Positions 1 to 8,316 of a stretch of DNA of 64,000 nt are shown here, one piece after another; position 1 is the first letter of the stretch, and each line of letters opens with the position of its first letter. Under the pieces are notes generated by a model. That model was not told the origin of the DNA. It saw only the letters and a program-made list of their open reading frames with translations, and searched no databases. Position numbers and translations under genes: made by a program. This stretch comes from a virus: the IMG/VR virus record IMGVR_UViG_3300005529_001094, positions 7,303 to 71,302 of that record. One strand, given 5' to 3'.

Positions 1-2
1 CT

Positions 3-1073
3 GCCGACCGCAAGCAGGCGCGAACGGTCTTCGGGTACATCCGCGCGTTCTTCATGGAGAACGAGCTCCTGCGCGACGAGGTCGAGAGCGAAACGCAGGA
101 GTCGATCACCCTCAAGAACCGGATCCGGATCGAGGTCCACACCGCAAGTTTCAAGAGCATTCGCGGGTACACCGTGGTCGCCGCGGTCCTCGACGAGATC
201 GCGGTCTGGAATTCGGAGGGCGCGAACCCCGACGGCGAAATCGTGACGGCGGTCCGGTCGCGCTTCGCGACGATCCCGTCCGCGATCTTCATGGCGATCT
301 CGTCGCCCTACGCGCGCGTCGGCGAGCTGTGGAACGTCTACGACCGCCACTTCGGGGAGAAAGGCGATCCGGACGTGTTCGTCTGGCAGTCGAACACGCG
401 CTCGATGAACCCGACGGTCACGAAGGAGTTCGTCCGCAAGCAGTACGAGCGCGACCCGGCGCGCGCACGCGCCGAGTACGGCGGCGAGTTCAGGACGGAC
501 ATCGAGAAGTTCGTCCCGCTCGAGATCGTGCGCGAGTGCATGGCGGTCGGGCAGACGCAGATCCCGCCGGCGGCGTCGTGCACGTACCGAGCGTTCGTCG
601 ATCCATCTGGCGGCCGCGGCGATCCGATGGTGATGACGATCGGGCATCGGAGCGGGGACACCGCAATTCACGACGCCACCCTGTCCGTTTCGCCGCCGTT
701 CGTGCCGCGCGAGGTCGTCAAGCGAATGGTGGAGTTCGCGCGCCCGTACCGCATCCACAAGGTCTACGGCGACCGGTTCGCTGGCGAGTGGCCGCGCGAC
801 GAGTTCAGGCAGAACGGCATGGAGTACGAGCTGTACTCCAAGTCGAAGTCGGAGCTCTTCGTCGACTGCCTGCCGCACCTGTTCTCGAAGACCGTGAGGC
901 TGCTCGATGACCCAGAGCTCGCCGTGCAGTTCTCGCAGCTCGAGCGGCGATCGTCACCTTCGGGGAAGGAAATCATCGACCATCCGCCCCACGGACATGA
1001 TGACAAAGCAAATGCAGTTGCAGGTATGGTGCGCCTTCTAATGGGGGAGTCTGCGGTTAGTTGCGTCTGGTGA
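3..1073 (+). CDS. terL: Terminase large subunit (5'-truncated by window edge)
   Basis: Frame is open from position 3 (ADRKQARTVF...); Walker B VAAVLDE; nuclease motifs FVDPSGG..D and HDDKANAVAG; lies just upstream of the portal. Confidence 0.9.
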   Translation, partial: ADRKQARTVFGYIRAFFMENELLRDEVESETQESITLKNRIRIEVHTASFKSIRGYTVVAAVLDEIAVWNSEGANPDGEIVTAVRSRFATIPSAIFMAISSPYARVGELWNVYDRHFGEKGDPDVFVWQSNTRSMNPTVTKEFVRKQYERDPARARAEYGGEFRTDIEKFVPLEIVRECMAVGQTQIPPAASCTYRAFVDPSGGRGDPMVMTIGHRSGDTAIHDATLSVSPPFVPREVVKRMVEFARPYRIHKVYGDRFAGEWPRDEFRQNGMEYELYSKSKSELFVDCLPHLFSKTVRLLDDPELAVQFSQLERRSSPSGKEIIDHPPHGHDDKANAVAGMVRLLMGESAVSCVW

Positions 1074-1074
1074 T

Positions 1075-1102
1075 TAGGTCGATCGATTGACCGAATCGTG
1101 AT
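1075..1102 (+). promoter_or_regulatory. Late-gene upstream motif copy 1 (TAGGTCGATCGATTGA...)
   Basis: Related copies at 3881 and 13174, all intergenic and upstream of structural genes. Confidence 0.55.
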
Positions 1103-2593
1103 ATGGGTCGCCGATCAATGAGTCGTCGTCGCGGAGCCGGGAAGCGAATTCTGAGTGGGCGCGCCGCGCTCGATGTCCTTGGATCGATGTGGGAGTACTT
1201 CCGCACGTTCGGGGGCGAGCGCGACTACGCGTGCGTGCTCGGCTACAAGCGCGACCTCACGTACGTCGACTACCTCGCGCGCTATGCGCGCGGTGGCATC
1301 GCGGGGCCGATCGTCGACGTGCCAGCGCGCGCAACGTGGGACACCTTGCCGCGCCTGACGGACGACGAGCTCGGCACCGAGAACGCGCTCTCGAAGAAGT
1401 TCGCCAAGATCGCAAAGGACATCGATCTCCGCCAGAACCTCGAGAAGGTCGATCGACTCGCCGGCATCGGGCGCTACGCCGTGTTGCTGCTCGGATTCCG
1501 CGACGGCAAGAGGCTCGAGGAGCCAGTCGATGAGGACGGCGCACGCGATGGCGGAATGCTCTACGTCGCGCCGTTCAGCGAGGCGAACGCGCGCCCCGTC
1601 GAGATCAATCTCGACTCGCAATCTCCGGAGTTCGGACGTCCGCTGCTCTACGAGATCGACTTCGCGCGCGGCGCGCTCGACATGGACCCGCTGATCAAGG
1701 CGACGTTCCTTCAGCGGCTGACCGGGACGGGTGGCTCCAACCGGATGACGCAGAAGGTTCACGCCTCGCGCATCGTGCACATCGCCGAGGGCACGCTCGA
1801 GGACAACCTCTACGGAACGCCGCGCCTCCGTCGCGTGTGGGATCGCCTCGACGACCTCGACAAGATCTCCGGTGGAAGCGCCGAGGTGTTCTGGTTGGTC
1901 GCGAATCGCGGCCTGCAATTCGACGTGAGTCCAGAGGTCGCGTTCGGCGAGACCGAGAAGGAAGCTCTCCGCGAGCAGATCGAGTCCTATCGCCACGGTC
2001 TCAGCCGCGAGATCCGGACGCGCGGCGTGACAATCAAAGGATTGAACGAGCTCGGCGCGGGCAATGTTAATCCGTTCGCCGTGTTCCGCGTGCTCGCCGC
2101 GCTGATCACGGGGACGACCGGCTTGCCGTATCGAATGATCTTCGGCACCGAGCGCGGACAGAACACGACGAGCCAGGATCGTCGCTCGTGGCTAGAGGAC
2201 GTCTGGTCGCGCCGCGAGACGTACGGCAACGAGGTCGTGCTCACGCCCCTCGTCCGCCGCCTCGTACATGCCGGCGTACTTCCAGTGAAGGCGCTCGATG
2301 CGCAGGTGATCTGGCCGCCGGTTCACGACGATATGTTCCAGGCCGAGGTCGCCGACACCTACGCGCGCGCCGACTTCAACCGCAGCAAGGCGAAGAGCTC
2401 GCCGGGCGGATCGTCGATCGGCGAGGGCGAGTGGCGCGAGAAGTTCCTCAACCTTCCGCGCGAGATGCCGAAGGGCGACAGCCGCGAGGACGTCTCGACT
2501 CCGACGCCAGAGCCCGTGGCGCCGGCTTCTACGTCGCCCGGAGCGCCCCCCGGAGCGCCCACGGCCCAGGAGGACCAGCGTGCTGCCGCGTGA
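1103..2593 (+). CDS. Portal protein (DUF1073-like)
   Basis: Position after terL; YARGGIAGPIVD, GRYAVLLLG, FGRP..YEI, VHASRIVH and LYGTPRL motifs. Confidence 0.88.
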   Translation: MGRRSMSRRRGAGKRILSGRAALDVLGSMWEYFRTFGGERDYACVLGYKRDLTYVDYLARYARGGIAGPIVDVPARATWDTLPRLTDDELGTENALSKKFAKIAKDIDLRQNLEKVDRLAGIGRYAVLLLGFRDGKRLEEPVDEDGARDGGMLYVAPFSEANARPVEINLDSQSPEFGRPLLYEIDFARGALDMDPLIKATFLQRLTGTGGSNRMTQKVHASRIVHIAEGTLEDNLYGTPRLRRVWDRLDDLDKISGGSAEVFWLVANRGLQFDVSPEVAFGETEKEALREQIESYRHGLSREIRTRGVTIKGLNELGAGNVNPFAVFRVLAALITGTTGLPYRMIFGTERGQNTTSQDRRSWLEDVWSRRETYGNEVVLTPLVRRLVHAGVLPVKALDAQVIWPPVHDDMFQAEVADTYARADFNRSKAKSSPGGSSIGEGEWREKFLNLPREMPKGDSREDVSTPTPEPVAPASTSPGAPPGAPTAQEDQRAAA

Positions 2594-3824
2594 CCCCGTC
2601 GAGGCCGCGATCGAGTCGGCGATGTACTATCGCCTGACGCACGCGGACGCCGACGTGGAGCACACCGGCGTCATGGTCGCGCTCGTGCCCCGCGCCGAGG
2701 ACGCCGCGCGTCTCGCGCTCGACGGCGGCGAGGCGGCCGAGGATCTCCACGTGACGCTGTTCCACTTCGGGGACGCGAGCGCGATGCCGATCGAGGCGCG
2801 ACGCGACCTGATCGACACTGTCCGAATGGAGGCTTCGCAGTTTACGCCGCTCCTCGGCGCCGCGTTCGGGGCGGGCGTCTTCAATCCGACGGGTCCAACC
2901 CCGTGCCTCATCCTCAACATCGGCGGCGAGGCCATCGAGCAGTTCCACCGGGCGCTCTGGTGGATGCTCCCCGAGTCGCCTGACCAGCACCGTCCGTGGG
3001 CCGCGCACCTAACGCTCAAGTACTTGACCGAAAAGGACAACGTGCAGGTCTTCCCGGCCACCGAGAAGATGGTCCCGCGCATGGGCGAGCTCGTCTTCGA
3101 CCGCGTGCGGGTCGCGTTCGCGGGCGCAGCGATCGACATCCCGTTCGCGACGGAGTCGCCCGAGGTGCTCGCGGCCCAGCGGTCAGCAGACGTCTACCGG
3201 GCCACGCGGACGCTGCTCGCTGCGCGCGGCGCGGCCCCGCCGGCACCGATGCCGCGCGTGGTGTCGTTCCGGGTCGCGTCCGCCGTCAAGGTCGACGGCG
3301 ACCAGATGACGTTCCCGGTCGTCGCTGCGGTCGAGGGTGTGCGTCGGCCGATGGGCTCGCTCGGCCCCGAGCTCGTGCTCGCGAGCCAGCTCGCAGCCGG
3401 GCTCGATAGCGCCCAGGAGATGCCGGTCGTGTTCGACCACCCAGCACTGGCGGACGGCAATCCCGAGGTGGTCTCTGTCGACGACGAGCGGCCGTTTCGG
3501 GAGGGGACGGGCGTCCGGGTCGGGACCGTCGCCAACGCACGGATCGAGGGCGACCGCATGATGGTCGATGCGACCGTGAGCATCTCCGCTCTGCGGTCTG
3601 CGGGCCCCGGGAGTTCGGCGATCGCCGACGCGCTTCTCGCCGGCCAGCAGACGGAGGTCTCTGTCGCGTACGCCGCGCGCATCGTAGCCGCCAACAGCAC
3701 CTTCGGCGGGGTCGCCTACACGGGCGTCCACATGGACATCACGTTCGACCACCTAGCGCTTCTGCCGCCGGGCGTGCCGGGGGCGTGTAGCCTCGGTGAC
3801 GGCTGTGGCGCGGCGCGCACCTAG
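2580..3824 (+). CDS. 2H-phosphoesterase (2'-5' RNA ligase/Acb1-like) domain fused to DUF2213-type prohead protease
   Basis: Two HxT motifs (LHVTL, AHLTL) in the N-half; PVVFDHP, EVSVAY and FDHLALLP..GACS..DGCG in the C-half. Confidence 0.8.
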   Translation: MLPRDPVEAAIESAMYYRLTHADADVEHTGVMVALVPRAEDAARLALDGGEAAEDLHVTLFHFGDASAMPIEARRDLIDTVRMEASQFTPLLGAAFGAGVFNPTGPTPCLILNIGGEAIEQFHRALWWMLPESPDQHRPWAAHLTLKYLTEKDNVQVFPATEKMVPRMGELVFDRVRVAFAGAAIDIPFATESPEVLAAQRSADVYRATRTLLAARGAAPPAPMPRVVSFRVASAVKVDGDQMTFPVVAAVEGVRRPMGSLGPELVLASQLAAGLDSAQEMPVVFDHPALADGNPEVVSVDDERPFREGTGVRVGTVANARIEGDRMMVDATVSISALRSAGPGSSAIADALLAGQQTEVSVAYAARIVAANSTFGGVAYTGVHMDITFDHLALLPPGVPGACSLGDGCGAART

Positions 3825-3880
3825 CGAAACATCAAACACCGTTTGCTGCAAAGTTGGAATCGCGATAAAGGCCCTGGTGT

Positions 3881-3920
3881 TAGGTCGATCGATCGATTCA
3901 ATCGAACGACCGTTTGAACG
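3881..3920 (+). promoter_or_regulatory. Late-gene upstream motif copy 2
   Basis: TAGGTCGATCGATCGATTCAATCGAACGACCGTTTGAAC in the intergenic gap before the scaffold gene. Confidence 0.55.
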
Positions 3921-3954
3921 GCGCGGGACGCGCGGGACGAGGGAGAGACGGCAC

Positions 3955-4617
3955 ATGGACAAGGCGGGCACGATCGATCGGCTGATCGCCTCGGGGAAGT
4001 ACAAGGACGAAGCACGCGACTGGCTGAGCAAGCTCGCCGACGGGCAGCTCGCCGAGATCGCTTCGGCGTCCGGTTGCAGCTGCGAGGGGGCGCCCGCGGG
4101 CGCTTCCGCTTCCGGCGACGGCAAGCCCGCGCCGGTGGCGGCCGCGTCTGCGGGCGGCGACAAGACGCCCGAGACTCAGGCGACGCCGACTGCGGCCGCG
4201 GCATCGACCGCGACGCCCGCGCCGGCGACAGCAGCGGCCGAGGCGCCGGCGACGTCGGCGCCCGCCGCTGCATCCACGCAGACTCCGGTCGCGGCCGCGA
4301 AGCCGCTGACCGATGCGGAGTGGCTCGCCGCGGCGCCGGCTGGCGTTCGTGAGGAGCTCGAGGATCTCCGCCGGGAGCGCGCCGCGAAGGAGAACACGCT
4401 CCGCGAGAAGATCGCCGCCAACAGCGGCGGCAAGCTCTCGAAGGAGTTCCTCGCGAGCAAGGGCCTCAAGGAGCTCGAGGTGCTCTACGCCGCGACGATC
4501 CCGGTCGACCAGAGCGGGCGCGGCACGTCCGGCGATGCCATGACGGCGGCCGCCGCGGGCGACAAGAACAAGAACGAGACGCCGCCGATGCCGGCGTGCG
4601 ACTTCAGCAAGGCCTGA
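3955..4617 (+). CDS. Capsid scaffolding protein (putative)
   Basis: Between protease and capsid genes; Ala/Pro/Thr-rich linker plus coiled coil; GAGGGAGAG RBS before ATG 3955. Confidence 0.65.
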   Translation: MDKAGTIDRLIASGKYKDEARDWLSKLADGQLAEIASASGCSCEGAPAGASASGDGKPAPVAAASAGGDKTPETQATPTAAAASTATPAPATAAAEAPATSAPAAASTQTPVAAAKPLTDAEWLAAAPAGVREELEDLRRERAAKENTLREKIAANSGGKLSKEFLASKGLKELEVLYAATIPVDQSGRGTSGDAMTAAAAGDKNKNETPPMPACDFSKA

Positions 4618-4682
4618 ACGGATCCCGGAGAGGGAGATCATCGGCGGCCTAGTGGCCGCGCGGAGTGGAGGCGGAGGCGGAT

Positions 4683-5156
4683 ATGGCAGCGAGGAAGGTC
4701 GTTCTCTACGGGATCGCGACGCAGGTCGGCGAAGGCACGGTCGCGGGTGGCACCATCACCCCGGGCGATCTCCTTGCGCGCTCGTCCGCGACGCAGATGA
4801 TTCGCCACGGGAACGCCGGGCGAAACCACGCGTTCCTTTTCGCGGACAACGTTCCGGACCGGAACAAGGGCATCGACGACGACTACAGCGCGAACGACAA
4901 CGTCCGGGTAGTCGTGCCGACGCGCGGCGCGATCATGAACGCGAACCTCGCCGCGAACGCGGCCGCGGTCGCGATCGGCGACGCACTCGAGTCGAACGGC
5001 AACGGCAAGCTCCGCAAGCACACGCCGCAGGCCGTCAACGAGGGCGGCGCCGCGTCCTACACGATCTACGCCGAGGCGATCGTCGGGTACGCGCTCGAGG
5101 CCATCGACAACTCGGCCAACGGCTCGCCCGTTCGGATCCGCGTCGAGATTCGCTGA
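4683..5156 (+). CDS. Capsid decoration/cement protein (putative)
   Basis: Small beta-rich protein just before the MCP; ITPGDLL, GDALESNGNGKL and VGYALEAIDNS motifs. Confidence 0.7.
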   Translation: MAARKVVLYGIATQVGEGTVAGGTITPGDLLARSSATQMIRHGNAGRNHAFLFADNVPDRNKGIDDDYSANDNVRVVVPTRGAIMNANLAANAAAVAIGDALESNGNGKLRKHTPQAVNEGGAASYTIYAEAIVGYALEAIDNSANGSPVRIRVEIR

Positions 5157-5175
5157 GTTCAGCTTGCCCGCGGTG

Positions 5176-5187
5176 TTGACAATGTCC
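5176..5187 (+). promoter_or_regulatory. TTGACAATGTCC operator-like site upstream of MCP
   Basis: Member of the dispersed GACA-N-TGTC palindrome family. Confidence 0.5.
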
Positions 5188-5222
5188 ACAGGGCCGCGAG
5201 GTCCATTGGGGAGGATGGGAGG

Positions 5223-6290
5223 ATGATCGGGGACTTCAAGGCCCTCGCCGCTTCGGGCGGCATGGGCGGTTTCGGATCGAGGCTGCTCGCGCACGGCCTC
5301 AACGCCGAGAAGGCACTGCGCGCGAACTCGCCGCTTCTGATCGACGAGCAGGTCGTCGTCGACCAGCGTGTCATTCGGGAGTTCATGCCGCGGCTCGGCG
5401 TCATCGCGCGCCTGATCCAGAACGGGCAGTGGACGCGCCTGAGCAACCCCTTCGCCGTCGAGTCGCTCCGCCACTACACGATGAGCGACACGTCGGGTGC
5501 CACGCTCGATCGGAACCCGACGAAGCGGACCGAGGGCGACCTGCCGGACAAGACCCCGGTCTACACGCCGGTCTACTACGGCTTCGCCAACTTCCAGCTC
5601 GGCATCCAAGAGCTCCTCACTTCGCGCAAGGGTCTCCTGCCGCTCGACCTCACCCTCATCGGCCAGAAGGCGCGCGATCTCGCCGAGGCATTCGAGGAGT
5701 CGGTCATCCGCGGCACCGTCGGCGGCGTCGCGCTGCCGCAGTGGGGCTCGGCGGTCGCGAAGGGCATCCTCAACGCCCCGAACATCCACGGCGTCCAGTA
5801 CGAGGGCGGCAAGCCGTGGGACGACCCGACGAAGACCGTCGCGGGCATCCTGACCGACGTCAAGGCGATGTTCGCCGCGCTCGACGCGGACTTCGCCTAC
5901 GGCGCGGTCGACCTGCTTGTGCCCCAGGCATGGTTCAACGCGCTCTCGTTCCTCACGAACACCGCCACCGACCGGACGGCGATGTCCTTCCTCAAGGAGC
6001 TCGAGCGCGGCGGACAGCCGCTCCACATCCAGGCGGCCGACAAGCTGCCGGCGAACACCGCCCTCATGTACGTTCGATCCTCTGACGTCTTCGAGGTCGT
6101 CGTTGGCGACTTCGGCGGCTCGGCGGACGATCCGATCAACGCGCCCGACAAGAACCCGGTCCCGATCACGGTCTTCCACTGGGACGAGCAGGCCGGGCTC
6201 ATGCTCAATTTCAAGCTGCTGGGCTGCGTGATCCCGCGGGCGAAGGCCACGTACGGCAGCAAGAGCGGCATCGCCAAGCTCACGGCGTAA
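5223..6290 (+). CDS. Major capsid protein (HK97 fold; DUF2184/linocin-like)
   Basis: Position and 355-aa size; KGILNAPN motif; C-terminal KSGIAKL; strongly biased codon usage. Confidence 0.85.
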   Translation: MIGDFKALAASGGMGGFGSRLLAHGLNAEKALRANSPLLIDEQVVVDQRVIREFMPRLGVIARLIQNGQWTRLSNPFAVESLRHYTMSDTSGATLDRNPTKRTEGDLPDKTPVYTPVYYGFANFQLGIQELLTSRKGLLPLDLTLIGQKARDLAEAFEESVIRGTVGGVALPQWGSAVAKGILNAPNIHGVQYEGGKPWDDPTKTVAGILTDVKAMFAALDADFAYGAVDLLVPQAWFNALSFLTNTATDRTAMSFLKELERGGQPLHIQAADKLPANTALMYVRSSDVFEVVVGDFGGSADDPINAPDKNPVPITVFHWDEQAGLMLNFKLLGCVIPRAKATYGSKSGIAKLTA

Positions 6291-6318
6291 TAGCCGTCGT
6301 CGACGTCAAACCAGCGAC

Positions 6319-6346
6319 CGGGCCCCGCACTCGTGCGCGGGGCCCG
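6319..6346 (+). terminator. GC-rich hairpin after MCP (terminator or mRNA stabiliser)
   Basis: CGGGCCCCGC-8nt-GCGGGGCCCG; no U-tract. Confidence 0.4.
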
Positions 6347-6371
6347 CGATCGCCTGTCTGGAGGTCATTCT

Positions 6372-6728
6372 ATGTCCGAGCAGAAGGTCATCCGCGACGC
6401 GTACTGCATCATGAGCGGTGGTTGCTCCCAGGCCGACCCCAAGCCGGGTCACGCGGGCAATCTGCGCGAGTTCGGAGTCGGCGAGACGATCTTCCTCACT
6501 GAGGACGCCGCGAAGGCGCTTCAGAAGAGCGACGCGAACCCGGCGGGGCTCGAGCTCAAGCGCCTGGAGGGCGTGCCGTCGATCGAGGTGGTCGTCGAGC
6601 TCGCCGACGTCAACGAGGCCGCGATCGCGCCGCTCGAGGAGCTCGCCGCCGCCGCCGCCGCCCCGCCGCCCGTCGCGCCCGTCGCGCCGGTCGCGCCGCC
6701 GTCGTTCGTTCGCAGCGACGACGAGTAA
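6372..6728 (+). CDS. Hypothetical virion-associated protein
   Basis: GGAGG RBS; Pro/Ala-rich tail; position after MCP. Confidence 0.6.
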   Translation: MSEQKVIRDAYCIMSGGCSQADPKPGHAGNLREFGVGETIFLTEDAAKALQKSDANPAGLELKRLEGVPSIEVVVELADVNEAAIAPLEELAAAAAAPPPVAPVAPVAPPSFVRSDDE

Positions 6729-6752
6729 GCGGGCGGGCTCCGCGAGCCTGCC

Positions 6753-7538
6753 ATGCTCCTGATCACGGGCGCGGACGTCCGAGCGATCCACGACACGGGT
6801 CGCGACGACGCCGCGCTCGCGCCATTTCTGGCGGTCACCGACGCATTCGACGACGCGTACCTTGCCTCGGCCGGCCTGACGAACGCCGTGCGGAAACAGG
6901 TGCAGGCGTTCCTGACGCTGCACTGGACGTACGTCGCCGACGTCGGCGTGCATTCGTCTCTGCGGGTCGACGACGTCACCGAGACGTTCACGTCATCGAA
7001 GAAGGAGCCGGGGCTCCGCGATTCGAACTTCGGCCGGACCGCGATCCTGCTCGACTCGAGCGGCGTGCTGCGCGAGGTCTCCGACACCAGGCCCAAGGCA
7101 GAGATCGAGATCTTCGGCCGCCCGTGCGCGCCGTGCGCGCCCGCGGCCAAGCCGGTCGAGTTCGACATCGAGTTGCCCTCGATCAACACGATGCCCCCGG
7201 GCCCGCTTACGCTCTACCTCGGGCCGGGCGGCTGGTCGTCGAGCGAGGACGACGTCTGGACGCCGGCGACTTACGCCGGGTCCATCGTCGCGATGTTCGG
7301 CACGGTCGACCAGAACCCCGGCGCGGGCGGGGTCGCATACACGCTGCGCCGCGCGCCGTCCGGGCAGGTCGGCTCGGATCAGACGATCGCGACGACGATC
7401 GCGAATTCGGTGCGTGATTTCGGGGTCGACGGATCGGTCTCCTATAACGCCGGCGATCGATATGCGGTGAAGGTCGTTCTGGGTACCGGCGTGCCCGGGA
7501 TGAACATGAACTTGACGCTGCGGTTCCGCCGCGGGTGA
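6753..7538 (+). CDS. Head-tail adaptor with extra C-terminal beta-sandwich domain
   Basis: N-terminal ~120 aa resemble adaptors (FLTLHW, GLRDSNFGRTAILLDSSGVL); ~140-aa beta-rich extension follows. Confidence 0.65.
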   Translation: MLLITGADVRAIHDTGRDDAALAPFLAVTDAFDDAYLASAGLTNAVRKQVQAFLTLHWTYVADVGVHSSLRVDDVTETFTSSKKEPGLRDSNFGRTAILLDSSGVLREVSDTRPKAEIEIFGRPCAPCAPAAKPVEFDIELPSINTMPPGPLTLYLGPGGWSSSEDDVWTPATYAGSIVAMFGTVDQNPGAGGVAYTLRRAPSGQVGSDQTIATTIANSVRDFGVDGSVSYNAGDRYAVKVVLGTGVPGMNMNLTLRFRRG

Positions 7539-7545
7539 GGAGGGG

Positions 7546-8313
7546 GTGGCGATGACGATCTGGGGAATGAGGCGGTGGGTGCGGCGTGCGCCGTTCGTGG
7601 CGGGGCTGCTGGTCGCGGTGTCAGTGCTCGGGAATCCGATGTCGGCGGCCGCGTTCGACATCACGTCGGGTGGCGGCCTGCGGCGGAACTCGAGCAACCC
7701 CGAGAGGTACGAGGTCGACCCGACCGCGAACTTCACGTGGACCGGCACGCACAACTTTACGTCGGGCGTGCTCCGCGTACCCAACAGCACGACCCTCCCT
7801 GGCACATGCGCGGTTGGCGACGTCTACATGGACACCGACGCGACGTCGGGCCAGCGCATCTACGCCTGCGAGTCGACAAACACCTGGGTGCTGCAGGGTG
7901 ACGGCACGAGCGCCGGACTGACGTCGGTCGCGATCCCGATTTCCTCGGAGACCCCGCTCGCTGGCATGGGGGCGAGTGCCACGCGGTACATGGACCTCAC
8001 TGGCCGCTTCTACACGAACGAGAGCGACTGCCGGCGGCCCCTCAAGGATCGCACGATCAATCGCCTCTCCCTGCTCATGACGACTGCGCAGACTGCCTCG
8101 AACGTCACGTTCCAAGTTGGCGCAGGCGCATGCACGGGCGCGCTCACCTACGACGGCTCGTCCGTGACGATCAACGCGACCGCGAACACGCCGACCGAGG
8201 GGAGCAATGCGGCCAAGACCACCACCGGTCTGCAATGCTTCTGCATCAAGATCACGAGCGGCGGCTCAGCTGTAACCGACGGCTACGTCGGGGGCTCGTA
8301 CGTCGAGAGCTGA
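7546..8313 (+). CDS. Signal-peptide-bearing fibre-like protein
   Basis: Basic n-region, hydrophobic h-region and AAA cleavage site; LPGTCAVGDVYMDTDATSGQRIYAC...NTW module of the kind seen in phage fibres. Confidence 0.6.
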   Translation: MAMTIWGMRRWVRRAPFVAGLLVAVSVLGNPMSAAAFDITSGGGLRRNSSNPERYEVDPTANFTWTGTHNFTSGVLRVPNSTTLPGTCAVGDVYMDTDATSGQRIYACESTNTWVLQGDGTSAGLTSVAIPISSETPLAGMGASATRYMDLTGRFYTNESDCRRPLKDRTINRLSLLMTTAQTASNVTFQVGAGACTGALTYDGSSVTINATANTPTEGSNAAKTTTGLQCFCIKITSGGSAVTDGYVGGSYVES

Positions 8314-8316
8314 TGC

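Noticed and set aside
5223-6290. Encapsulin nanocompartment
   Set aside because: Context (terminase, portal, protease, tail) shows it is the phage major capsid protein
6646-6701. GCC / GTCGCGCC repeats
   Set aside because: They simply encode an Ala/Pro low-complexity linker
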